This document shows positions 36,773 through 46,709 of a stretch of DNA of 64,000 nucleotides, piece after piece. Each line of letters starts with the position of its first letter. The first letter of the stretch is position 1. The translations under genes were made by a program, and so were the position numbers. The notes beneath the pieces were generated by a model that made no database searches, was not told where the DNA came from, and saw nothing but the letters and a program-made list of their open reading frames with translations. The stretch covers positions 256,001 through 320,000 of the forward strand of contig CBDBLV010000004.1 in assembly GCA_965207225.1 (NCBI GenBank), read 5' to 3'. This stretch comes from Dehalococcoidia bacterium. GTDB taxonomy: Bacteria > Chloroflexota > Dehalococcoidia > Plut-88900.

Positions 36773-38221
36773 ATGAAAATCAAGACCAGGGAATTCAAAT
36801 CCGGCTCCCGACGCGCCGTCAATAACGTGCGCGTTCAGCAGGCCGCACGTCGGGCCACGGGCAACCTCCTCCGCGAACGCAACAACGCCGCCGCCGAACT
36901 CCCCGAATGGGAAGACCTCCGCAACCGCGCCCGTGAAATCAAGGCCCACACAATTGAATGGCTGGACGAGTACCTCGCCCGGTTCGCCGACTCCGTGGAG
37001 AAGGCAGGTGGCAAGGTCGTATGGGCCAGCACCGCCGAGGAAGCTTCGGACTATGTTGTTTCCCTGGCCCGGGAAAAGGGTGTCCGGACCGTCGTCAAGG
37101 GCAAGTCCATGGCCACCGAGGAGATTGACCTCAACCACAGGCTGGCGGGGGTCGGGGTGGAGGCTATAGAGACCGACCTCGGCGAGTACATGATCCAGCT
37201 CGCCGGCGAGACCCCGTTCCACATCATCGCCCCCGCCATCCACAAGACCCGGCAGGACTTCGGCCAACTCTTCTCCGAACACCTCTCCATCCCCTACGAG
37301 GAGGACCCTCAGCGCCTCACCCAGATCGCCCGACACGCCCTCCGGGAGAAGTTCAGCCATGCCGACATGGGTATAACGGGCGCCAATTTCGGTATCGCCG
37401 AGACCGGCACCATAATCCTCGTCGAAAACGAGGGCAACCAGCGCCTGTCCACCGCCCTGCCTCCCATCCACGTTTCGATCATGGGTATGGAAAAGGTCAT
37501 CCCGACCCTCCAGGACCTCTCTGTATTCCTCGCCCTGCTCCCGCGCAGCGCCACGGGCCAGAAGGCCAGCTCCTACGTCTCCATGATTACCGGCCTCCGG
37601 GGCCCGGGTGAAGTCGACGGTCCCGAAGAGTTCCACATGGTCATCCTGGACAACGGCCGCTCGCGCATCCTCGCCGACCCAACAATGCGCGAGTCCCTGT
37701 ACTGCATCCGCTGCGCAGCCTGCCTGAACATCTGCCCCGTGTACAACTCGGTCGGGGGCCATGCCTACGGCTGGGTCTATTCCGGCCCAATTGGCTCGAT
37801 AATCACCCCCGAGCTTGTCGGCGTAGGAGAGGCTAAGGACCTGCCCGCCGCCTCCACATTGTGCGCCGCATGCCGGGACGTATGTCCCATCAAGATCGAC
37901 ATCCCCCACATGCTGCTGAAGCTGCGCCACAAGTCCACCGAGCCCAGTCCTCAAATTCATGCCTCCAACGAAGCCCGACCTTCCCGCATGGAAAAGTGGT
38001 TAGTCCGGGCCTGGGCCTCTGCCATGAAGAGCCAAAGGGCGTACTCCTTCACTACGGCCTTAGCCAGGCTGGCCCAAAGGCCCCTTCTGAAGAACGGTCA
38101 CTTTCGATGGCTGCCGCCCTTCCTCAGGGGCTGGACAGACCATCGGGAGTTCCCCGCCCTCGCTCCCCGCCCCTTCCGTCAGATCTGGAACGAAAGGCTC
38201 TCCAAAGATGCCCCCGACTAG
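36773..38221 (+). CDS. lutB: Lactate utilization protein B (Fe-S)
   Basis: KSMATEE, ETDLGE, ENEGN, CIRCAACLNICP, CAACRDVCP. Confidence 0.93.
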   Translation: MKIKTREFKSGSRRAVNNVRVQQAARRATGNLLRERNNAAAELPEWEDLRNRAREIKAHTIEWLDEYLARFADSVEKAGGKVVWASTAEEASDYVVSLAREKGVRTVVKGKSMATEEIDLNHRLAGVGVEAIETDLGEYMIQLAGETPFHIIAPAIHKTRQDFGQLFSEHLSIPYEEDPQRLTQIARHALREKFSHADMGITGANFGIAETGTIILVENEGNQRLSTALPPIHVSIMGMEKVIPTLQDLSVFLALLPRSATGQKASSYVSMITGLRGPGEVDGPEEFHMVILDNGRSRILADPTMRESLYCIRCAACLNICPVYNSVGGHAYGWVYSGPIGSIITPELVGVGEAKDLPAASTLCAACRDVCPIKIDIPHMLLKLRHKSTEPSPQIHASNEARPSRMEKWLVRAWASAMKSQRAYSFTTALARLAQRPLLKNGHFRWLPPFLRGWTDHREFPALAPRPFRQIWNERLSKDAPD

Positions 38222-38909
38222 CCGGGAAGCCTTCCTGGCAACCGTCCGCCGAAGCCTCGATAGGCCCGGAACTGTCAGCTCGCAATCAAACGGAGACCCC
38301 TCAGTCGCCGCTCAAGAGGTCGCTCCCCAGCAGACCCCCGACCGCGAGCAACTGGTCAAGCGATTCGAGGAAGAGGTGAAGAAGGTACACGGCGTCGTGA
38401 GCCGGGTCTCGGGCCCCGAGGAGCTGACAGCTTTGCTCGGTGCACTTATCGAGGAAAAGGCTATCCACAGGATTGTAAGGTGGGACACCCTCGCCCTCTC
38501 TCACCTCGACACCGCCCTTACGAGCGCCGGGGCCGAAGTCTTCCCCATCAATCTGAACGAAGATGAATCCTCCCGGCTTGACCACAGGAACGCCCTGATT
38601 GAAGCGGACATGGGGCTTACGGAAGTCGATTACGCTATCGCAGACATTGGTTCCCTGGTGTTGAAGGCCTCGGGGCCCCAGAGCCGCCTTGCCTCCGTCC
38701 TTCCTCCTATACACGTAGCCATTGTCACCCCCGACAAAATTGTCCCCTCTCTCAGCCACCTTCTTCCGCTGCTGACATCCGAAGGTGGCCTCCCATCCGC
38801 CGTGTCCCTCGTCACGGGCCCCTCGCGCACCGCCGATATAGAGACCATCCGAACGGTCGGGATTCACGGACCGATCGAGCTGCAAGTCATCATCCTCGAA
38901 GATGGTTGA
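38208..38909 (+). CDS. lutC: Lactate utilization protein C (LUD domain)
   Basis: LPPIHVA, TGPSRTADIE, GIHGP. Confidence 0.92.
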   Translation: MPPTSREAFLATVRRSLDRPGTVSSQSNGDPSVAAQEVAPQQTPDREQLVKRFEEEVKKVHGVVSRVSGPEELTALLGALIEEKAIHRIVRWDTLALSHLDTALTSAGAEVFPINLNEDESSRLDHRNALIEADMGLTEVDYAIADIGSLVLKASGPQSRLASVLPPIHVAIVTPDKIVPSLSHLLPLLTSEGGLPSAVSLVTGPSRTADIETIRTVGIHGPIELQVIILEDG

Positions 38910-39029
38910 ATATTTATGTCAACATCGTCGATGATGTTGACGAAATCAACCCAACTCGCTATATTGCGCCCCATAGTCCCGTCCTGCGACCCGACCCGGT
39001 GGGTATAGGTTCTGTTGTAAGGAGGGTGT

Positions 39030-40217
39030 ATGAGAATCCAGAAGAAACTTCCTCTAATTCTGCTTGGACTTTTGGCAGTCCTTGCAATCGTGGCTTTCGC
39101 CTGCGGCGGCGACGATCCCGCTGACGATGAGCCGTTCCGGATCGGTGTCATGGAATCGGTCACGGGCCCCGGCGAAACATACGGCGTCATGGCCGTCCAG
39201 GCCAAACAGATGGCCGTTGACGAGATCAACGAAGCCGGTGGCATTAACGGCCGCATGCTCGAAATCATCGTCGAAGACGAAAAGTGCAACGCCCAGGACT
39301 CCATCACCGCCTACAACAAGCTGACCGACGTTGACGGCGTGAAGATCATCCTCGGCACCTCCTGCAGCGGCGCCATGCTGGGAGCCGCTCCCCTGGCCGA
39401 AGAGGACGGCGTTGTCATGTTCTCCGGTCTGGCCACCAACCCCGACATCGCAGACGCCGGTGACTACATCTTCCGCACCTCTCTGAATGACGCTCTGGTG
39501 GGCACCGACACCGGAAACGCCATGTGGGTCGACGGCCACCGCACCCTGGCCACCATTACCGAGAACACCGACTACGCAGAGGGTGTCCGGCGCACAACCG
39601 TGGCGAGGTTTGAGGAGCTCGGCGGCTCGGTCGTTGCCGAAGAGCACTACGCCTCGGACGTTACCGACTTCAGGACCCAGCTCACAAAGATCATCGGTGA
39701 AGAGCCTGACGCTTTGCATGTCTCAGCGCAGTCTGAGTTCACCGGCGGCACGATAATCAAGCAGGTCCGGGAACTCGGATGGGAAGGCCCCATCTACGCC
39801 GAGATTGTAGCCGTCGGACCTACTGCCCAGGAGATCGCCGGCGAAGCGATCACCGGTGCAAAGGGAATCGCCGCGGCGGGTCTGGACCCGAACAATGCAA
39901 GAGCTATGGAAGTCCTTGCAAACTTCCAGGAGCGCTATGACTACGTAGTGTTCCCCTGGTACCTCGGCTCTGCGTACGATGACGTGTACATCACCGCCGA
40001 GTGCCTGAGGCAGACCAATGACGACCAGGACGCCGACGGCTTCAGGGACTGCCTGTACGACATCACCTTCAGCGGCGCCATAGGAGAGAACTACGGCTTC
40101 GACGACAAGGGCGAAGTTGAAGGTCTTTCCAACGTAGTCGTCGAGGTCCTGCCCGTGAGCGAGAGGACAGGGGACAACCAGGGATTCAGGATCCTCGGCC
40201 CTGCGCCCACCCCCTAG
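39030..40217 (+). CDS. Liv-type ABC transporter substrate-binding lipoprotein
   Basis: Lipobox AFAC, EINEAGGING, YIFRT, DFRTQL. Confidence 0.9.
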   Translation: MRIQKKLPLILLGLLAVLAIVAFACGGDDPADDEPFRIGVMESVTGPGETYGVMAVQAKQMAVDEINEAGGINGRMLEIIVEDEKCNAQDSITAYNKLTDVDGVKIILGTSCSGAMLGAAPLAEEDGVVMFSGLATNPDIADAGDYIFRTSLNDALVGTDTGNAMWVDGHRTLATITENTDYAEGVRRTTVARFEELGGSVVAEEHYASDVTDFRTQLTKIIGEEPDALHVSAQSEFTGGTIIKQVRELGWEGPIYAEIVAVGPTAQEIAGEAITGAKGIAAAGLDPNNARAMEVLANFQERYDYVVFPWYLGSAYDDVYITAECLRQTNDDQDADGFRDCLYDITFSGAIGENYGFDDKGEVEGLSNVVVEVLPVSERTGDNQGFRILGPAPTP

Positions 40218-40226
40218 ACCCGACAA

Positions 40227-40272
40227 AAGCTGGAAGCGGATGGCCGGCCCGGGTCGGCCATCCGCCTAGCTT
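40227..40272 (+). terminator. Long intra-operon hairpin after the SBP gene
   Basis: gcggatggccggcc/gggtcggccatccgc flanked by aagct/agctt. Confidence 0.55.
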
Positions 40273-40331
40273 CTCCCGAGTCCCGAAAACAGAACCTGTC
40301 CAGAATCACCCCATATCCTGCAGGTCCAAGG

Positions 40332-41720
40332 TTGATAAGACAGCGCGAAGGCAGCAATAACCGGGTGCCGGGCATATCCCGGTATTCGGGCAGTCAGGTC
40401 CTGGCCACAGTCATGGTCGTGGCTGCTGTCGGGTACCTGGCCTGGAAGATCTCCGAATCGTCGACCCAGGCACTACAGTTCGCCTTCAACGGCGCGTCCG
40501 TCGGGGCTATTTATGCTCTCCTAGCCATCGGCTTCACCCTTGTTTACAGCACCGTTTGGTTCTTCGACCTGTACTACGGCGCAGCCGCAGCCGTAGGCGC
40601 CTACGGAGTCTTCTACCTCCGCGCCAATGAGGCCCTGCAGGTAGGCCAATTCGACGTTAACGAAGTCTACGTCAATGTGGTATTCGCCCTGGTCATGGCC
40701 GGGGTTTCCGCATGGGCCCTGAGACTCATTCTGGACTCGCGCTTCAGACGCTCCCTCGGCCGCCGCGGAACCCTGATGTTGTCCGGCCTGGGTGGTGCCG
40801 GAGTCGGCATATACTCGGGCTTCGTCCTCAGCTACCCCGATGAGCTGAATGTCCTGCTCAGCCCCGTGGTCGGTGCGTTGACCGGTCTTGCAGCCTTCTG
40901 GCTGGCAAGACGAGGCACCGACCGGTTTGTCCCGAAGGGCGCCCGTCTGCCCTTCCTCGCCGTCGCTACAGTCGGGGGGGCTGCTCTGGGGGCGTACTGC
41001 GGTCTATTGGTTGCTCAGGCTCCTGCCTCGAGCCTATACCTCAGTTGGGCAGTTTCCTGCCTCCTCGCGGGCGCAGTGAGTCTTGCGCTCTACCGAGGCC
41101 TCTACGTCTATATGCGGCGCAGAGCTCGGTCCCCCCTTATTATGCTCGTTGCCTCTCTCGGAATTCTCCTGGCTCTGACCGCCTTTACGACGGTGATATT
41201 CCAGTCGGCCCCACGCCCCCTCCCCGAAGCCTTCGGCAGCGCACCATGGAACGCCGCCGGAGCCTTTATCAAGCCTTTCAACGTTTTTTCAATTGGTGTT
41301 GCCGTCGTCGGGTTCATCGCCCTGATGGTCTTCCTGAGGGCCACGGCATTCGGGAAGGCGGTACGTGCCATCGGCGATGACGAAGAGGTTTCCAAGGTTG
41401 TTGGCATCAACACGACGGTTGTCATTGCCATCGTGTTCTTCATCGGGGCCATCTACGCCTCTATGGCCGGCATACTCAGCGGCCACGATACCGCCATACA
41501 GCCTCGCATGGGGCTGCTGCTCCTTCTTAAGGGCTGGATAGCCTCGGTGGTCGGCGGCATCGGCAACATGTACGGCGCCATCGTCGGGGGATTTGTACTG
41601 GGCTTCGTCGAGCAGTTCGGCATCTGGGACCTGGCCGGAGAGTGGCAGAACGCCATTTCCTTCGTGTTGCTCATAATCTTCCTGGCCTTCTGGCCCAAGG
41701 GCCTGATCCCGAGGAAATAG
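40332..41720 (+). CDS. Branched-chain amino acid ABC permease (LivH-like, enlarged)
   Basis: YALLAIGFTLVY, FGKAVRA, VVGGIG; 462 aa. Confidence 0.88.
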   Translation: MIRQREGSNNRVPGISRYSGSQVLATVMVVAAVGYLAWKISESSTQALQFAFNGASVGAIYALLAIGFTLVYSTVWFFDLYYGAAAAVGAYGVFYLRANEALQVGQFDVNEVYVNVVFALVMAGVSAWALRLILDSRFRRSLGRRGTLMLSGLGGAGVGIYSGFVLSYPDELNVLLSPVVGALTGLAAFWLARRGTDRFVPKGARLPFLAVATVGGAALGAYCGLLVAQAPASSLYLSWAVSCLLAGAVSLALYRGLYVYMRRRARSPLIMLVASLGILLALTAFTTVIFQSAPRPLPEAFGSAPWNAAGAFIKPFNVFSIGVAVVGFIALMVFLRATAFGKAVRAIGDDEEVSKVVGINTTVVIAIVFFIGAIYASMAGILSGHDTAIQPRMGLLLLLKGWIASVVGGIGNMYGAIVGGFVLGFVEQFGIWDLAGEWQNAISFVLLIIFLAFWPKGLIPRK

Positions 41721-41723
41721 CCG

Positions 41724-42791
41724 ATGGCTGTGGAAGTTCAAGCCGAGGAGCAGCCACGTCCGGGCATCGGGGATATTCTTCGTGACCCGACCCTGCTGAT
41801 TACCAACGCCCGTTCCAACCTGGAAGTCTGGGTCAACATTATCGTCATAGTCTGGGCCTTGGCTTTCATGATCTGGCAGGGGACCGGATTCGCCATCACC
41901 GTCGGCACGGTATTCGCCATCTGGGCCATATTGGCCGTAAGCCTCAACTTAGTGGTCGGCTTTGCAGGTCTGCTCTCGGTGGCGCATATCGGCTTCTTCG
42001 GGATCGGGGCCTACACCGTAGCCATATTCACCTCAGACGCTTCATACGAGCAGCTCCGCACCGAGACCATCCCAACCTTCGGCTGGCCCTTCTTCGCCGC
42101 ACTGCCCATTGCCGTGGTGCTTGCCGGGATCGTAGCCGTAGTTGTGGGAGCCGTGTTTAACCGGTTCCGGGACGATATCTTCGTCCTCGTGTCTTTCGGC
42201 TTCGCGATTATCGCTTTCAACGTATTCCTGAACTGGCGCCCCGTCACCCGAGGTGCATTCGGCATCCACGAAGTGGCCCGACCCGCCATCGGCGGCTGGG
42301 TATTCGATGGCGAGCTCGAATTCCTGATATTGACCCTGGTATTCCTTGCGCTGGTCATGCTTATTTCCTGGTTCATCGTGTCATCTTCCTTCGGACGGGT
42401 GCTGACGGCGATCCGGGAAGACGAGCAGGCGATCCAGGTGTTCGGGTATCGAGTCACCTTCTACAAGCTGGCCATCTGGGTGATGTCGGCGATGATGGCA
42501 GCCCTCGCCGGAGGGTTCTTCTCCAGCTGGACTACCTTCATCGACCCCAACTCCTTCATCCTCCTTGAGTCTATTTTGATGGTATCCATTGTTATCCTGG
42601 GCGGCCTGGCCAACATCTGGGGCTCTCTCCTGGGCGCCATGGTCTTCGTGCTCCTGGAAGAGGGGATGCGCTTCATCCCCTTCCTGCCCACTGAGTACAT
42701 TGGCCAGGCTCGACAAATCGTGCTCGGCATCCTCCTGGTGCTCCTCATGCTCTTCAGGCCCCAGGGCCTGGTTGGGAGATACAAGCTGTGA
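41724..42791 (+). CDS. Branched-chain amino acid ABC permease (LivM-like)
   Basis: SLNLVVGFAGLLS, FGRVLTAIREDE, ILGG, FRPQGL. Confidence 0.9.
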   Translation: MAVEVQAEEQPRPGIGDILRDPTLLITNARSNLEVWVNIIVIVWALAFMIWQGTGFAITVGTVFAIWAILAVSLNLVVGFAGLLSVAHIGFFGIGAYTVAIFTSDASYEQLRTETIPTFGWPFFAALPIAVVLAGIVAVVVGAVFNRFRDDIFVLVSFGFAIIAFNVFLNWRPVTRGAFGIHEVARPAIGGWVFDGELEFLILTLVFLALVMLISWFIVSSSFGRVLTAIREDEQAIQVFGYRVTFYKLAIWVMSAMMAALAGGFFSSWTTFIDPNSFILLESILMVSIVILGGLANIWGSLLGAMVFVLLEEGMRFIPFLPTEYIGQARQIVLGILLVLLMLFRPQGLVGRYKL

Positions 42792-43543
42792 CCACGTCTG
42801 ACACAACCATTGCTTCGGCGCTGTCAACCGACAAGGTCTCCAAGCACTTCGGGGCCGTTCGGGCCGTCGACGAGCTTTCGATTGCGATTCCCTCAACCGG
42901 TATGACCAGCATTGTCGGGCCTAATGGGTCGGGCAAGTCCACCTTGGTAAATCTGCTCTCCGGCACCCTCCCCCTGGACGGCGGCCTGGTCATCATAGAT
43001 GGCAAGGGCCTCCGGGTAGTCCACGCCTTCGAGACCCCAGACCACGGGCTAACCCGCACCTTCCAGGAAGTCCGCCTTTTCGACCAGATTACAGTCTGGG
43101 ACAACATCATGGTCGTCCTCACCAGCCGGCCCTGGCTTCCGGCCCTCTTCGAGCGGGCCAAGCCCGACTTTCGGCAGAAGGCGGAGGAGATCCTTAAGAA
43201 AGTGGGGATGTGGGAGAAGCGTAAGGCGCTGGCCCAGAACCTCTCCTACGGGCAGCGCAAACTGCTGGAGATAGGCCGGGCGATGGCCATGGATGTCAAG
43301 GTCTACCTGTTCGACGAGCCCTTCGCCGGCCTGTTCCCACAGATGCTGGAGCGGGTCAAGGACTTGATGAAGGAGATGCGGGACCAGGGCCACACCATTG
43401 TCTTCATCGAGCACAACATGGACATCGTGCGGGAGCTTTCCGACCACATATTCGTGTTGGATAGCGGCGCCCTCCTGGCCGAGGGAGAAGTCGAAGACGT
43501 CCTGAACCGCCCCGAGGTCATTGAGGCCTACCTGGGTGACTAG
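42788..43543 (+). CDS. ABC ATPase (LivG-like)
   Basis: GPNGSGKST, LSYGQ, DEPFAG, VIEAYLG. Confidence 0.92.
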   Translation: MTTSDTTIASALSTDKVSKHFGAVRAVDELSIAIPSTGMTSIVGPNGSGKSTLVNLLSGTLPLDGGLVIIDGKGLRVVHAFETPDHGLTRTFQEVRLFDQITVWDNIMVVLTSRPWLPALFERAKPDFRQKAEEILKKVGMWEKRKALAQNLSYGQRKLLEIGRAMAMDVKVYLFDEPFAGLFPQMLERVKDLMKEMRDQGHTIVFIEHNMDIVRELSDHIFVLDSGALLAEGEVEDVLNRPEVIEAYLGD

Positions 43544-43563
43544 CCCCGAGAGGACAACCCGAG

Positions 43564-44304
43564 ATGGCAGAGAATAACGGCAACGGCGAAATGAGAATAC
43601 TGGAGCTCGTCGACATCTCCGTTCATTATGGCGCGGTCATCGCTCTGAACGAGGCTTCGCTGGGCGTGGACAAAGGCGAGGTGGTGGCCGTGATGGGCCC
43701 CAACGGCGCCGGTAAGTCCACGGTCCTCAAGGCTATCATGCGGCTGGCCCCGGTGGTCGGGGGGCAGGTCTACTGGCAGCAGGGCCTGTTCGAAGCCGAG
43801 ACCCACGAAATCGTCAAGGAAGGCATCGCCTTCGTTCCCCAGGGCCGCCGCGTTTTCACCCACCTCACCATCGAAGAAAACCTTGAGATGGGCTGCCTCT
43901 ACTTGAACGACAAGGCAGAGAAGCGCCAACGCCTCGACGGTGTGATGGAGCTCTTCCCCATCCTTCACGAAAAGCGCCGAGACTACGCCAGCCAGATGTC
44001 CGGCGGCCAGCAGCAGATGCTCGCCCTGGGTCGGGGGCTCATGGCCAATCCCGAGGTCCTGCTCCTTGACGAGCCCACCCTCGGCCTCGCGCCCATCATC
44101 GTCAAGGAAGTCTTCGAGAAGGTCTCCGAGATCAGCGACAGGCTCGGCACTACCATCCTCGTCGTCGAGCACAACATCAAGGGCGTTCTCGACATCGTGG
44201 ACCGGGCCTACGTGCTGGACAAGGGCCGCGTCGTCCACGACGGCACGCCTCAAACCGTCCGGGACACCGACATCCTCACCCGGGTCTTCCTGGGCGCAGC
44301 CTAG
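43564..44304 (+). CDS. ABC ATPase (LivF-like)
   Basis: GPNGAGKST, MSGGQQQM, LDEPTLGLAP. Confidence 0.92.
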   Translation: MAENNGNGEMRILELVDISVHYGAVIALNEASLGVDKGEVVAVMGPNGAGKSTVLKAIMRLAPVVGGQVYWQQGLFEAETHEIVKEGIAFVPQGRRVFTHLTIEENLEMGCLYLNDKAEKRQRLDGVMELFPILHEKRRDYASQMSGGQQQMLALGRGLMANPEVLLLDEPTLGLAPIIVKEVFEKVSEISDRLGTTILVVEHNIKGVLDIVDRAYVLDKGRVVHDGTPQTVRDTDILTRVFLGAA

Positions 44305-44310
44305 GCTTTC

Positions 44311-45375
44311 CTACTTCTTCGCCTTCTCCAGCGCCAGCCCCGCCATCAGGTACATGATCACGTACACGATCACCCGGTAGATCACCGCAGACCCCGGCGG
44401 GATGCAGATGAAGGACATCCCGCTCAGCCCCCGTCGCCCGACCTCGTGGGCTATCCTGATCACTTCGTAGTCCGTCAGGCCGATCGGTTCGGCCAACTCA
44501 CCCATTATGTCGCCGGAAGCCGGGCCCGCCCCGCCGAGCACGTCCATGTCGAAGTGGACGTACACGCCGTCAGTGCCCTGGTAGGCTCGGTCGAGCTCGT
44601 TGACCACACCCTCGATGCCAAGGCTTCGGACCTCCCACGAGGAGATGAACCGGGCCCCTTCCCTCAGGTACCGACGCACGATGTCCTTCTTCTCCAGCAT
44701 CCCCCGCTCCCCGATCTCCACCAGCGTGCTCGGGTGCATGTTCTCCAGGAACTCGTACATCTTGTGCTTCCAGCTGCCGCTTCCCGCGATGCGGGGATCG
44801 TTCGTCATGCGGTCGAGCTTGGCAGCGTCCCAGTGGGTATCGAGACTCACGCACCCGACCTGCCCCGCCGTATGTTCCGATATTGATTTGGCAATCGCGA
44901 AGGACCCCATCGGCGAGTTCTGCCCAATCACAATCGGGATTCCTCCCGCCTCCAGCACATCTCCGACCTTCTCCTCCACCGACGCCTGCGCCTTCAGGAT
45001 GTTTTCGGGGGTCTGGGAGATGTTTACCTCCTCAGGAATATCCGCGTCTCCGTAGTCGACTACGTTCAGGTGCTCGAACACGTCTATGTCGAAGTCCTGG
45101 ATGTAACCCGACCCATACCTCACCGACTGCTGCCTAACCCTCTTCGGCCCCGAGATCCATTCCCACTTGTCCACCCCCGCGTACCTGTCCGTGGCCGTCG
45201 CAACGTAGGGCGCCCCGATAATCACCACGTCCTGGCCCTTCAGTTCATCCTTGGAAGTGACGTGGGGAACGCCCAGGAATGTGGGCAGCTCGTCCGTGAT
45301 CATGGGGAATTTGTGACGGCCTATAAAGGTGTGCTCCAGCAGCTCTTCCCAGCCGGGGTATTTCATTGAACACAT
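44311..45375 (-). CDS. Ureohydrolase-family protein with non-canonical metal site
   Basis: DTHWD and DMDVL present; GGDH replaced by GQNS. Confidence 0.82.
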   Translation of the reverse strand: MCSMKYPGWEELLEHTFIGRHKFPMITDELPTFLGVPHVTSKDELKGQDVVIIGAPYVATATDRYAGVDKWEWISGPKRVRQQSVRYGSGYIQDFDIDVFEHLNVVDYGDADIPEEVNISQTPENILKAQASVEEKVGDVLEAGGIPIVIGQNSPMGSFAIAKSISEHTAGQVGCVSLDTHWDAAKLDRMTNDPRIAGSGSWKHKMYEFLENMHPSTLVEIGERGMLEKKDIVRRYLREGARFISSWEVRSLGIEGVVNELDRAYQGTDGVYVHFDMDVLGGAGPASGDIMGELAEPIGLTDYEVIRIAHEVGRRGLSGMSFICIPPGSAVIYRVIVYVIMYLMAGLALEKAKK

Positions 45376-45406
45376 ATTGGTCCTCCTGGGGAATATTGGG
45401 GCGAAT

Positions 45407-46576
45407 TTATCCCATTACTTTCGATGCGTATCCGATGTCGTGCAGGGCGTCCTCACCAAACCGGGTCATCCCGAGACTCGAGATATCAATGCTCCTCGCC
45501 TCCCCATCCACGATCATCTCGGCAACCAGCTTGCCCACCGCCGGCGACTCCTTGAACCCGTGCCCGTTGAAGCCCGTGCAGATGTACAGCCCGTCCACGC
45601 CTTCAACCTTGTCGATTATCGGGTGTCCGTCCGGTGTGTTGGTATAGAGCCCCGCGTACCCTGTGAAATACTCTGCCTGTTCCAGCCCCGGCGCCCGTTT
45701 CGCCACCCGACCCCACATCCTCTCGATATAGTCCATGCCCGGCTTCTGGTCGTATTCGTCGGGATCGGCCTCTATCTCCAGTTCCACATCTCCGACCAGG
45801 GTGAGGTCCGGGCTCTCGGGCCGCATGTAGGCCATGTTCACCAGGTCGCCGATCACCGGGTGATCGGGTATGACCTCCATCCTGCGCTTCAGGAAGAAAA
45901 CCTCGTGCCGGGTAGCCTTCAGTGGCAGCTCAATCCCGATCTTCCGCATCAGCTGGACAGACCACGGCCCCGCGGCCACGACCGCCGTGTCAGTCTCGAC
46001 TCTCCCCGCCCCTGTCTCCACCGCAACAACCCCGTCATTAAGAATCTCAACGTCGAGAGCCGGTGTGTCCAGCAGCAACTCCGCCCCCCTCCATCGCGCA
46101 TCCAATGCAAAGCCCTGCCCTACGCTCGGCGGGTCCGCGTAGCCCGACTGCGCCTCAAAGCAGATCGTGTCCGACTCGTCAAACTCCAGGTGAGGCGCAA
46201 CCTCTTTGGCCTGCTTTGCATCCAGGACCCGTGTGTCGATGCCCAGGGACTGCTGCATGGCGATGTTGCGGTAAAAGTCTTCCTTTGCCTGCGGCGGCGC
46301 TATGAACATCGCCCCCGAGTTCACGAACCCCGAGTCACTCCCTGTTATCTCTTCAAAGTCCCGGATGGTCTTCAGGCTGGCGAAGGCGATCCTGGCGTTG
46401 ACCTCGCTGGAGTAGTGCATCCGCACGATGCCCGACGACCGCCCCGTAGACCCCGCGCCAAGCGACTCTTTTTCTACGAGCACGGTGTCGGTCACGCCGC
46501 GTCGGGCGAGGTGGAACAGAATGCTGCACCCCATCACACCGCCGCCTATGACTACTACATCAGCCCTGGATTTCAT
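45407..46576 (-). CDS. FAD-dependent oxidoreductase (sarcosine oxidase beta/DAO family)
   Basis: GGGVMG, GSTGRSSG, TPDGHP, GFNGHGFK; upstream promoter TTGACG-N17-TATCAT. Confidence 0.9.
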   Translation of the reverse strand: MKSRADVVVIGGGVMGCSILFHLARRGVTDTVLVEKESLGAGSTGRSSGIVRMHYSSEVNARIAFASLKTIRDFEEITGSDSGFVNSGAMFIAPPQAKEDFYRNIAMQQSLGIDTRVLDAKQAKEVAPHLEFDESDTICFEAQSGYADPPSVGQGFALDARWRGAELLLDTPALDVEILNDGVVAVETGAGRVETDTAVVAAGPWSVQLMRKIGIELPLKATRHEVFFLKRRMEVIPDHPVIGDLVNMAYMRPESPDLTLVGDVELEIEADPDEYDQKPGMDYIERMWGRVAKRAPGLEQAEYFTGYAGLYTNTPDGHPIIDKVEGVDGLYICTGFNGHGFKESPAVGKLVAEMIVDGEARSIDISSLGMTRFGEDALHDIGYASKVMG

Positions 46577-46709
46577 GCCTGCCTCTGAGAGTATGTGGGA
46601 CTGGATCCGCCGGTCGCATGATATTGCCCCGCCTGCCCTCCGTCAATCAATCAGCCCCGACCCCCATGCTATACTGCCCCCATTCCCGACATCCGATGAA
46701 AGGCCCTCA

